Source: Trichosphaerium sp. ATCC 40318 (taxonomy: Eukaryota; Protista; Tubulinea). Taken from it: DNA of 64,000 nt. The stretch is taken from contig JALMLS010000450.1 of the NCBI GenBank assembly GCA_038496445.1, positions 124,001 to 188,000 of the forward strand, given 5' to 3'. The translations under genes and the position numbers were made by a program. Under the pieces are notes generated by a model. The model was not told the DNA's origin. It did no database searches and saw only the letters and a list, made by a program, of their open reading frames with translations. Shown here one piece after another: positions 52,474 through 64,000 of this stretch (the stretch's first letter is position 1; every line of letters begins with the position of its first letter).

Positions 52474-53175
52474 CTAAACAATACAAGAAGACCAGAAGGT
52501 ACCGTCCCACGTTTTGTAATTCAAACCATCCGATTCCTTCCCTTCATACGTCCCTTGCTTTGTTTGATGGAACTTGTTCTTTCCAGATACTTGTGCTGTC
52601 CAATTAGAACCATCCCAACCCTTATAAGTCAATATTACATCAACGTGTCCTTTGGTTGCGTCTTGCTTCGTGAGCAAGAAATTACCATTAACTAGTTGCG
52701 CAGTCCAGTTATTGTCTTTCCAATCCTGAAACTGCATAATGGTATCTTCATGAAACTCATCTTTATCTCTTCTATTATGTCTAAATTTCGTGCCATGAAG
52801 CGTCGCTGTCCATATTGTATCATCCCACGTGATATAAACAATAATAGAATCATTATGCCCTGTTTTTGTTTATTTTAATTAGTTATTGCGTAACACGTGG
52901 TGAAATGACTAAGCGACAGTACACGTACCTTTTTTGGCTCCTTGTTTTACATGGAGAAAATTATTTTTGATAAGTCTACAACTCCAATTTGCTCCATCTG
53001 ATGTCTTGTACCTTAGTTCGCCATCGTGGATAAAATCTGTTGTCCCTTGTTTATTGTAAAGCCATTTACCTTGATTCACCCTTGCTGTGTAATTGGATCC
53101 GTCCCATGTCTTATAATTTAATATAGTGTCATTGTGACCACTTTTGGCTCCTTGTTTTACGTGATTAAAGAACAT
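52474..53175 (-). CDS. Six-repeat (about 35 aa) W-rich protein, two exons
   Basis: Intron about 52861-52928 joins ORFs 52909-53175 and 52474-52737 in frame; repeat F.H.KQG...GH.D..L.YKTWDG.NWTA. Confidence 0.85.
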
Positions 53176-54099
53176 TTGGAAACTTTATCCTTATACGACC
53201 AAAGACTTAAACCTCGCAAGGTGCTAATACCCTTTTACAAGTAATGTCCGCAGCGAGAGTGTTAATACACTTTTTCGCGTAGTAGCGGACATACCAATCT
53301 AAACGTTTATCAAGTTTATTTTCAACAAGTATCATAATGTCTCTTCTGTCTGATTGGTCGTCCAACCTCAAATACCAGGCGAAATGCGTGTCCCTTTACT
53401 CGGTAAGATGTTTCAAACCGCCCCTGAACTGCTACACAAGAATTCAGACAAACTGGACGAGATGTTGCGCAACCCTCCTGAAAACGAAGTTGGCTTTCGT
53501 CTTTTATTAGATCTACGCCAAGTACAACATATTTTGCAGTCAATTAGCTACTTGCAGCTGCTACATCTTACAAACAACGCCGTACTGAAGTCCTGTTATA
53601 CATGGAGACTATTAAAGCAGCTTTAACTGTAACATCGTTGTCGCCATTGCGCCAAGTTTCACATTAAAGGTTGCCCAGTTGACAAAAAATAACGTTCAAA
53701 CGTACTAAGCAAGCCGATAACTATTTCTTAGTATTCCTAATTTCAGTTACATGCCTGATAACCATTGAAGAAAGTATGTAACTGGTACCGAAATTATGAT
53801 AGCTCTATAGGGACATTACATCATATAACAGGGGTTTGTAATCGACAATTTGCGAAAGTAAACGCTGTGATATGGCCAAAGCTCCAGGTAGAGTAGATGG
53901 CTCTACTCAAAGAAAAATAACCTTAAGATCGCATTAACGTGCTATCTCCAGGGCATAGCATAAAGGCTTTACAAATGCACGAGTTGACCCGGATCGATAA
54001 AAAAGATTAATGACAATATTTCGGGGAAACAAAATTGTGTTTTTTACAGAAAATTGCTGACATTTCCTTCTAAATAAAGAAACCCAACAATACACAATA

Positions 54100-55635
54100 A
54101 TGGAAACCACAAAGAAGAAATACTGTCTTATGTGCGCCTCAACACCTCGCGTTTTAAAGAACGTTTAATTGCAAAATCAGCAAAACCAGTTGTCAGCGAA
54201 AGCTACACTCCTTCTACGCTACAAATGGGCTTAATCGCACATTTAGCGTAAGATGGAGACGTATACTGCTATTTTTTCTTATTTTTACTCCTTTCTGATC
54301 TAAACCAGTATTAACGCTATTAAGATACGCTCCAAACGCGTATTCAAGCATCTTATAGTGAAACGGATGGTTTTTCTTGAGATTTTAGTTGAAACGTTCT
54401 TATCATACTCTTAGGACTTCATCTGAAGGTAGCATGCTACCTGAGATACCAGTTGATATTTGGCTAAGGGTAGAGTTCTGTTGCATAACAGACGTTCTAA
54501 CGTAGCTTCTTTGTTAGATTTGGAGCAAGCACGACTCTCCGCACTCTATCCCAATAGTATGCAAGACATGGTCAAAGATGTGTGAAGGAAACTGGGGTTC
54601 AATGTTCAGAGGACATTTTTATACTTCAGTGAGTTGACTATCACGATTTTACGCTTGGTTTGACACAAGAAATTTGTAGGATAACTGGAGTCCTAAAGAA
54701 GGATCCCAGTGGCGTAACATGTACTTTGAAAGGTTATCTCTTCAAAGGAATGTATCACAGCACTTGGAAAAATGCAAAGAACACGATGAGAGCGAGTTTG
54801 AAGCTGAAGGTAACCAATCGTTCTTGGGGTTCTTTTTCTTGCAGTTTTTTGGTTTCTTTGCCAACAGTTTATAGGGGCTTCTCCTGATGACATACGAAGA
54901 GTTGAGAAGGAATTGGATGTAATTCTTCCTGCTGATCTTGTTGAATCCTTGTTATGTGCCAATGGATTCACAAGTAATGGTGTTTATAATTTTTCATGTG
55001 ATCAAATTGTTGAGCGTACAAAAGAAATTCGTAATTCTTTAACAATGTCAGATGAAGAATACAAATTGCATAAAGATTCGTTGTCTTTTCCGTGGAACAT
55101 CAAGCCATCGGATCTCAAGAAGACTGACTTTTCGGATAAACATGTGTTTGTAATGGAGTACAACGGTAAGTGCTATAATTTGTTTTTGCTCTCTTGAAAC
55201 TCACTCGTTGCCTTTACTGACGTTTGACTAATATCACAACACGTGTCTTTGCTTGAATTTATCGTCGAAAGTCTTGGCTCCTTAGACAAATGTACTAATC
55301 TAAATGCGTTTTGCTTAGAAGCAGAAGAACTAATGTATTCTATTACTACCAATGATGACCCTGAAGCAAAGGTAAGTTGGTAAAGACACGCATAGAAAGC
55401 AGACTGCTTAACCACTTAATAGGTTCTAAGCCTTTGGAACAGCTATGAAGGGTGGGGAAATGAAGTGATGTAAGCCACCTTTTTGTTTAACGATAGTCTG
55501 CCATTCTTACTTGGTTCTAGATGTACCGGTCCTGATTTTGAGTCTTGGGTTGCTTATTTATCAGAAACTTGTATTGAGCAAGAAGAGAGTGATTGGATAA
55601 TGGAGAGAGAAGATATGAAGCCTGCTGAAGTCTGA
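54100..55635 (+). CDS. F-box + SMI1/KNR4 (SUKH) domain protein; start uncertain
   Basis: MLPEIPVDIWLRIW...IVCKTW (F-box); GASPDDIRRVEKELDVILPADLVESLLCANG (SMI1/KNR4); ends MKPAEV*. Confidence 0.72.
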
Positions 55636-55859
55636 TAATAAACAAACTCCTTTCAACATGCTTGAATTTTGTATTGCTGCAACTACCCGTTACCATGTGA
55701 GCCCTCTGCAAAGCAGAGGAGTCCACTAAAAATATCAAGGTTGTGACGAATCAAGTACAAACTTGAGTTTTGATGACGAACCGAGTCAACAACTATTTTT
55801 AACAGATTTGACTTCTGTCACACTTTTGCCTTTATTTTTAAACGCAGCCTTTGATCACT

Positions 55860-56936
55860 ATGGAAAGCGAGTCAAAATCTCGATACACTCACCTAAGTGA
55901 TAATACGCAGGGTATTAGCCTAGATACCGCAATAAAATGGTACTATAAAATGGAAAAACGCCAAAGTATGGCCAACATGTGCTTTACAGTACTGCGTACG
56001 ATATTTTTTTCAAAACCCTTTTAGTTTTTTTCTGAAAGAGCGATCACGTGATCGCTACCTACTTCCTTTAATACGATGAGCGGAATGCTGTATTTTAGCA
56101 CACGTACAAAATTATTTTGGAAGGTTAAAATAACACCATCACGTGCCTCCATACAGTATTTTTTTTCGTTTTTTTTATTTTAATGCACGTTGCTTTGTAA
56201 CCTGTGGTGAGTAGTGTCTCTTCTTGGTCTGATCGCTTTCTTCACTATTGAAGTATACAAAGCTCTTCTATGGCCTTTTTTCATCTTTGGTGCTGTTATA
56301 GGCGTTCATGGCCTTTACAAATATTGGCAAGTCGATAAAATAAGGAAAAAAGCTTTGGACAAGCTTTACGGTGACATTGATGGGTTTATGAAATCTGAAC
56401 TAAAAAAGTTAAAACTGACACTAAAAGTATGCTGGATACTCGTTGGCATTGCTGCTTTTTGCACTGCTGCAGGTAATCGACTTCAAGAAAAAAAAGAAAT
56501 AGTTTACAATATTTTAGGTGTTTTGATGGCTGTACTTCTCGTTGTTAATCCAAACAATCAGGCATGGCGTAATGTACACGCTGTTGGTATAGGTAAGTTA
56601 ATAAAATATACAGTGTTAGTGGGATTAACGTTATTTCTCTAGGTGTTGCTTTAGACGGTGAGTGAGGACTAGTTTTCTGTGTTTTTTCTTCTTTTCCCAA
56701 CATTTACTCGGGCGTTAAAGTCCAGATCCCAATACAATACTTTGGCTAAAAGGTTTCTTTTAGGTATTTATGTTGTTATCACCTACGTTATGAGAGAACA
56801 AAGGACCAATAGATACGCAACTTATCTTGTTACACAAACACATAGTAATATTTTTGAATATCCTGAAGATAGAAGCAATGGCGTAGATGATAACGAGCTT
56901 CACAGCTTATCTTCTGTATCAGTTGTATCAATATAA
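55860..56936 (+). CDS. Hypothetical multi-pass membrane protein, paralogue 2
   Basis: MESESKSRYTHL...WYYKMEKRQSMANMCF; VIGVHGLY and DIDGF.KSELKK shared with 32549-33454. Confidence 0.75.
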
Positions 56937-57129
56937 AATAAACATGAATTTCATGTAAATGCTTTATTGGACAAAATAGCATACAACTCATCATCCTATG
57001 TTCACTGCGTTTTATTTGCTAATCATTCAAGCTTTAAATAAAATAGACCTACTTCCACGTGCTAGTTGGTTTCAAAGTATAATTACAGGTTTATTGTTTT
57101 GTGTTTGCTAATACAAGGGAGTTTACAAC

Positions 57130-59417
57130 CTACATCACGGAACACTTGGTTCCTGTAGCCTTGCTTGAAGATTTAGATGATGAAGAAGAAGATTTTCTGC
57201 TGAACGAAAGACGTCTTTTTTTAGGTGACTTCGCTGCTGTAGAAGAAGAAGGTGTTGAAATAGCAGTTGTAGTGTGACTTCTTGTTCGTGGTGATGCTTT
57301 AGATTTTGTTGGGTTTGACTTGTATTGAATCCATTTACCATCTTTTAGTTCGTATTGAGGTGTTGTTGCTGTGTCCTGTGTTAATAAATTGTTAGTATTG
57401 GAAATATGTACAAAATATGGAGTTTGTTTAAGGAGGTTTACCTTTGAAATATCGAACCAAGGTGCATTTGACCGGAGTGATTCTGTTGTAGTTTCTTTCT
57501 TCTTTTTTTCTGGATTTGGTTGTGCCAGTGTTTCGAAGATTACACCAAGCTCTTTGTTCATTTTACCTTCTTTTTCAATTTCAGCTTGGAAGGTTGCCTA
57601 ATCAAGTCAGTTAAAACCAAGAAAGGACATCAAACGGCGTAAAAAACCACTAAACAAAAACCGTTTTCAAAAAAAAATGGAACAAAAAGGTGTTTTCGTT
57701 GCTTACAAGTTGTTTTGGATCAGACTCGCGATAGCATATTGCCAAGAACATCTCAGTGATAAGCCCAAAGTTCTGAAAGTTTATTGAAACAGTTCCTGAA
57801 CGTGCTGAAAGCTCTTCATAGAAAGGAGCTGCCTGAAGAAAAAAATATTAATTTCAAGAAAATTCTCCATTGAACTATAACTAGGACATACTTGAGCTTG
57901 ATTGAGAGCTCTTACACCGTATACTTTAACACCCAAGTCGATCAAATCATCCTATTAAAAAAGTAAGTAAAAAGATGAAGAAACAAGTTGTTTTGCTTTT
58001 GTCTTACCAACTCATCATGCCAATTTATCTTCTCTGTTGTGTAGGATGGAGGGTGTGGATAACAATCTCCAATAACGACAAAGGCCTTTGATGAGTCTTC
58101 TGTCCAATCAAACGTCTTTGCTACTCTATAAACGAAGACATAAACATCAAGAGCTACAAGAAACATAGGAAAAAAATTTACGTACTGAAGAGCAAGCTCG
58201 TATGCTTCAGGTGCATCTCCACCTCCAGTTCTGTTTACACCATTTACAAATTTGACAATTTTATCAGCGTCAGTGCAGAGATCACATGTTTCAATAACGT
58301 ATGTGCTCTGAGCATCACAGAAATCGCCATGAGCGATGATACCGATGCGGATGTTATCAATATCTATAATTTCTGTTAGATATCGTTTCGAAAGTGGGTA
58401 CTTTTACCTTTTATCAAACGCTTGACAGTCTCGCTTACTTGTTTTCTTACTTCTGCAAGACAAGCATACATTGATCCAGTTGTATCAAAACTAAAAACAA
58501 TCTCAACGTTCGATGACTCAGCGTCCTATTCAAAAAAGTTAAGTTGTTGTTTGTTTGGTGTTCAAAGGAGAATTATCTAAGAAACTTACCACAACGAAGC
58601 TTGTCAATAAGTCTTCTTTAGTGGCATCATCTAGTGGTGCTCCTGGAGTTACGGCCGCTGTCTTTTTAGGGGCAGGAGGTGCAACACCAGCCTCAGCTGT
58701 GAGTTTGTCTTCGTTCTTAAAAGAAATGAGTGTTGGGATTTTTTTGACAATAGAAAAAGTGTACATTAATTTTAGCAGCTTTAATAGATTGATTGTCATT
58801 TAATACTGTCCCACAGCTCTTTTTAAGTATTGGGGGATATTTTTGCATTGCTGCATCGCCAGGATAAGCCTTTTGAACAAGTCTACACATCGTTACAAAC
58901 GTAAAACAAAAAAAGTAAATGTACTTTTTTACAGATGCAATATTTGTGCCACGAGTTGATGGAATTTCAATCTCTTTAGCGTTACCATTGTACACAACAT
59001 AAACAGTTATAGGTGGTACAGGTTGAAGCTTAATAGTAGATTCCTAAACGAGATAAGCAACGATTTGAAAAGAAAACAAAAAAAAAAAGATTTTCAGCGA
59101 AAAACGAAGAAAAAAACGTACTGTTTGAATACCCATTTCGCTCAATTTGCCCTTTCGTATTTGATCACCTCTATGTACCAATATATAATCGCCTAACGAA
59201 CGATCTGTCTTGTTTATTTTTCTTTTAAGAGATGCAACGGTCTCTTCAGGCTAAAAAACACAGTCAACGACAACTATGGAACGACACAAAGGATGAGAGA
59301 GCACTTATATCATCAACCGATGGTTTAATGGCAAAAGAAAAAAGTTGAGAAACGCACACTGATGGAAACAGGGAAGCTCTTTCCAAAGTGCGTTTTAATA
59401 AAGATAGATGTTTCCAT
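57130..59417 (-). CDS. Ubiquitin-like + von Willebrand factor A domain protein with CAAX box
   Basis: METSIFIKTHFGKSFPVSI (UBL); EIVFSFDTTGSM, GGGDAPEAYE, VVIGDCYPH (vWA/MIDAS); S/K-rich tail ending CSVM*. Confidence 0.85.
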
Positions 59418-59965
59418 TCTTTGTGTATTAGGTTGCTGTTACGGTTGTTGTGGTTATGACAGTTTATGGTTTCTGAAAACTATTTTGGTACCGTTATTTT
59501 TAGTATTTCTCTGAACGGCATTAATCTTTCGCCGTAGCTTAGTTGTTTGTTAGTTTAACAACAGTTAAATTGCCTAATACGCATATAATTTACCTAATTG
59601 ATGTAGTGGCATCGTTATTAGCCAAACTGCGCTAAGAGTGAAAAAAAACTTCATGCAACGTCAGTCCGCGTTCATATATTCTTAGTTGTACGTTAATCGC
59701 CTCTATAATACAAAAACCGGCGCGAAAAACCACAAAGGAGAAAATAGCGTTCAGTTTACGCCATGCGACTGCATACATCATTATTGGTTGACAGTGGCGA
59801 CTCCTAGGTGTTAATCATGCCCAAACTAAGTCTTTTGCCAACAGAAATCAAAAGTAAGTACAGGAAGATGTTAGAGCATCTTCAAAGCGCAACTTGCGCT
59901 ATTTAACAAGTTCCCAACCAGTTAAAACGAAAAATGAGTGCACATTGTTTTGTTAAATTGCGAGA

Positions 59966-60970
59966 ATGTCATTAACCGTTACAACGCTACTTCTCTGTTT
60001 CTTTTGTATTGCTTTCGCTCAGACATTGTTTGGCGTTGATGTGTCACAGGTAATAAGAGCAATCTAATAAGACAAAATAAAAAACCCATTAACTCTTTTG
60101 TTTTTCATTTAGCCTGTCAGTCACGCTGATTTCTCATGCTTGAAGACTAAAGGCAATGATTTTGCCATCGTTAGGGTACGAGACTAAACAAAAGAACTTT
60201 CCAATCACCTTTACTTCAGGCTTATCGTTCCACTGGAGCTCCTGACCCAGCAGCATCACGTACTAGAACATTTTATTATTTTGGATACCTTTAAAAAAAT
60301 GACACTAAAAATCACGTGATAGCTACCATCGCAGCCGCTAGAGCAGCTGGAATCAATTATGTAGATGTTTACTTATTTCCTTGCCCAAAATGTGGTGATG
60401 GCGCTAGTCAAGTATCTAGTATGGTAAGTGCTCTTGGCGCTTCCAAATACGGCGTGATTTGGCTTGATATTGAAGGACCTCAAGTACGTTTTTGAAGTGA
60501 TTGTAATTTCAACTTGGTTTTATTACTGGCAGTGTCTCAAAATGCTTTTTATTATTAGTACTGGCTTTCCTCTGCGTCTGAGAACCAACAATTTATGAGC
60601 GAGCTTGTATCTGGATGTTCTAGTTCTGGCCACAAATGCGGTATTTACAGTTCAAAATCGCAGTGGACAGAAATATTTGGATCATCATACACAGCATATG
60701 GTGACCTCCCTTTGTGGTACGTATATTACTTTTTACAATAAAGTGACACTGTACAGGTATGCCCACTATGACGATAACCCATCGTTCTCAGACTTTGAAC
60801 CTTTTGGAGGTTTTACCAAACCAAGCATGAAGCAGTACAAAGGTAACTGATTTCTTCCTTTTTTTCTTCTTTTTTGGTTTCTAATAGCACGTGCATGTCT
60901 AACTCTCAAACAAGGTGATGCAACTGTTTGTGGGGTTGGTGTAGATTTAAATTGGTACTCAGATGCTTAA
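59966..60970 (+). CDS. GH25 lysozyme, secreted
   Basis: Signal peptide; FGVDVSQ, FAIVRAY, YVDVYLFPC, IWLDIEG, LPLWYAHYD, FGGFTKPSMKQY, GVDLNWY. Confidence 0.93.
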
Positions 60971-61087
60971 TTTATAGCCAATAAAGGTCGTTGTCAGATA
61001 TTCACTGAACAACTCGAAGAAACTTGCTTCTCCTTCCGTTTTCTCTTTGACCCCGGTGATAAACTGCCTGCTCTAATACACATACAA

Positions 61088-61162
61088 GCTTCTGTAGCTC
61101 AGTTGGTTTAGAGCGCACGACTGTTAATCGTGAGGTCGTAGGTTCGATCCCTACCAGAAGCG
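61088..61162 (+). tRNA. trnN-GTT: tRNA-Asn (GTT)
   Basis: Acceptor gcttctg/cagaagc, D-arm gctc..gagc, anticodon arm cacga-ctGTTaa-tcgtg, T-loop ggttcgatcc, downstream T-run terminator. Confidence 0.97.
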
Positions 61163-61387
61163 TCCTGTTTTTATTTAGATTAAGTAAAGTATGCAAAGGT
61201 ATTCTCGCATAACCTTAATAAAACTACAACGCTGTAGCATTGGGAACAATACCCCCATAGCAAACAACGACAGTACACATCTACTAAATTCTACAAAGGC
61301 GGTATATTTTATTTACAGTGGCAAACTAAGTTACGCCTTTTTACACGTGCACAGATGATGTTTACAAACAACAGTTTACTGACGGAT

Positions 61388-62132
61388 CTACCACTCCACA
61401 ATTGATAATTTTTTGATAATGAATGAGTCTGTTTTAGGGTTATTAGGAAATGCTAAAGTGATTTTATAATCATTTGATTTTTGTCCACATGCAGCTTTTA
61501 GCTCGGGCGTCATTGCAATTTTAATCTCATTACGCGCTTTGGCTGGACCAAAAAACCACGGACATGTGATTACAGGTGTATGTCCAAGTCGTACAAGGTG
61601 TTGCGCAACAAGCAGTGTGAATTCTGTTCCTGGAGATAGAGGAAATCAATAACTTTCCTTTAAAAAAAAACAAAGTGAAAGAATTGCCATTTTGACAAAA
61701 AACGTACCTGGCTCTACTGCTTTACTCTCAATCACGTTGATAAGCTTATATGTAGTAGAAGATAGACTATCACAGCAAATACGCCTTGATACGTTAGGAT
61801 CATGGGGCGGTGGTTTTGTGCATTCTATATTCTTTGTTAAAACAATTTTGCAATGCACAAAACAACGGAGTGTAGAATACCTAGTTCGACCTTATACTGC
61901 GTTCCCCATTGCCAATCAAACCCTTGAATGTTGTTAAACTCAATCCATTCGCCATCTGGTAATTGACGTCCTGATAACGCAAATTGCGTTGTCATACGCG
62001 TAGCTAATACCTATTGAACATGTAAATACGCCTGTTGGACTTGAAGTGTTAATTTAATTGTTAAATGACCTTATACGGCCTGAATTCGTATATGGCTGTA
62101 GTTACTAAACCGTTGGGCGCGTCTGTGCTCAT
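61388..62132 (-). CDS. DUF4377-like protein, multi-exon
   Basis: GEWIEFNNIQGFDWQWGTQYKVEL...SSTTYKLINVIESKAVEPGTEFTL resembles the bacterial DUF4377 pattern (W..F...IEGF.YE.G..Y.L.V...SS..Y.L). Confidence 0.6.
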
Positions 62133-62739
62133 GGTTGTATTAGTTTTGCAAATATAGCTTTGTCATTTAAGTGAACAGCACAGTTTAGTCTTAAGCTTGC
62201 ACAGATTTGTAATTAATGTCAGCGAACTTACCAAACGATAAAGTGTATGGCTCTAATATGGCCTTAAATCGTTATTTAATTACAAACACTCACGTGTTGT
62301 GACTTATCTGGAGTGCTTCGACAGAACATTAAACTGAGAACCTGTAATGTATATAGCATCTGTTTACGATTCTATGTGTATCAACAAAGCACGTGCATTA
62401 TGATTGTTGTTGCTTCTTTTCACTGTTTTTTGACAACAAACAACTCCGACTTGCAAGAAAACAAACTTCTTTTCGGAGTCCAAAAAATTACTATTTCTGT
62501 CATCGAATTACATCATCTACTCAAAAAGGGATCTGGGTATGTTCAATTACATTTTGCAAGCTGTTTGCAGTCAACAAATATGGCAAAAAAACTGTTTCAA
62601 AAAAAAAGCGTTTAAATATAGTACGCAACCTTAAAAGGAGCTCTAGACGATAAACCATTGCAAACGAAACAATTGGGTGGTATTTGTTTTGGTTTCTAAA
62701 TCGGACCCATCTAAACGTTCTGCATTACCCTACTTTGGA

Positions 62740-64000
62740 ATGATAAACGGGTGTCAGGACAGTTTTAGCGTGTTTTATGTAATATTACTCTTATCCGTTC
62801 TCTGCACTCACGTTACATGCCAAAACGCTTGTCAGGCGTATATACACAACTACGGGGGAAGGCCTAGATTATGTGACAGCATAATTGCAAATGGTACATT
62901 GATTGCTCTACAAAACAATACAATGGACGCTCTTTACACGTAAGTACTACTCAAAGGACAGCGAGTGCTCATACGCCATTTTTTTTTTTTTAATGAGTAA
63001 TGACTTTGTTTAATTTTTTCAAGAGATCCTTCGCGAATAGAACCCTTTATATCACTTGCATCAGCAGAATGTGTTGAAAATGGAGTGCCTTTCGTATGTG
63101 TATCTTCATTCAATCTATGTGGAACGGCGTCAGGTGCGTCAGACAAGTGCTTTTTTTCCGAGAATGGAAACTGTCTTTGATTTCTTGTTCGTTGCATTCA
63201 AATCGAGCTGATGGAACGTTAGAACCTATAAAACCGTGTGCAGATGATTGCAATATATTTATATCTAGTTGTGAATACGAGCTAAATCTGATAAACCTAC
63301 ATCCAGATTGTAATAGTACAGATTTAGTAAGCCAAATTTGTGATTCAAACACAACAACACCATTCAGTACGTACAAATCCTAGAACTTTTCTATTGTTCT
63401 TACTGTAACCAATAGATGGGTCAATATCTACACAATGTCCAGAACCTCTTTTTTTTGACTCTAGCGCATCAGGTGATGATCTTCAATGTTACACGTGTCC
63501 GCCACCATTTTTGAATAAAAAAAAATGGAAATCATTGAATAATCTTGCAATGTCCATATGTGGTATTGGTGCTGCTTTTCAGCTGTTCTCTCTTATAGTA
63601 GTTTGTACTAATAAATCGTACGTTATACAAAACGCCAACTTCTAGAACTTGCTTATTGTTCTTGAAGCTACTTTACTTTCACCTCACATTTTTGGCTTAT
63701 TTATATTGGTGATTCATTATTTGGCTCTATTCTTGGCATAGTCGCAGGTGGGTTGCAAGACAAGATTATATGTGAAAGTCCAGCTCGCTTGGCAGAGGCT
63801 TTATCTCATTGGCCATGCCTACTACAAGGTAAAGCTTCACTAAAATCAAAGCTCTTGCTCATATTGCTGTAAAGGGTTTTGTATGACATATATGACGACT
63901 CAGATATTTCTATGTTTTACAATGCACTCTGTAACGTTCGTTTATAGCTTACATACTAACAAACAAGCACTTAAAACGATAGATTTACCCATATACTACC
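62740..64000 (+). CDS. Frizzled/Smoothened-like GPCR (CRD + TM helices), runs off the window
   Basis: Signal peptide; Cys-rich domain (ACQAY..LCD..ECVE..FVCVSSFNLC..PCADDC..SC..PDC), CPEPL..CYTCPPP linker, then TM helices. Confidence 0.8.

Noticed and set aside
53354-53626. 90-aa ORF between the six-repeat gene and the F-box-SMI1 gene
   Set aside because: No motif, paralogue or clear splice link

Overview
AT-rich (roughly one-third GC by eye), gene-dense eukaryotic DNA with many short GT-AG introns and the standard genetic code. Gene content (GH25 lysozyme, Frizzled/Smoothened-like receptor, Ras paralogues, UBL-vWA protein) points to a free-living amoeboid protist, probably an amoebozoan (inference). 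About 30 genes or pseudogenes and one tRNA-Asn were reconstructed by hand-splicing, so CDS spans include introns and some ends are approximate. Two rearranged blocks dominate. (i) At 0.4-22.8 kb there are three full copies and several fragments of a GPI-anchored surface-protein gene in inverted and direct arrangement. (ii) At 32.5-57 kb a nested inverted duplication carries three LamG-domain receptor genes and two copies of a secreted protein. Both surface families show short hypervariable loops in near-identical frames, mosaic copies and broken copies, consistent with gene-conversion-driven receptor diversification. Other highlights are an F-box protein starting with a histone H3 tail mimic (MARTKQTTRRRNGGVAPR), a roughly 9-fold excess of the palindrome CACGTG in promoters, introns and exons, a 2xCUE/coiled-coil/4xSKICH protein resembling a reversed NDP52/TAX1BP1, and several genes with bacterial-, viral- or algal-like domains.
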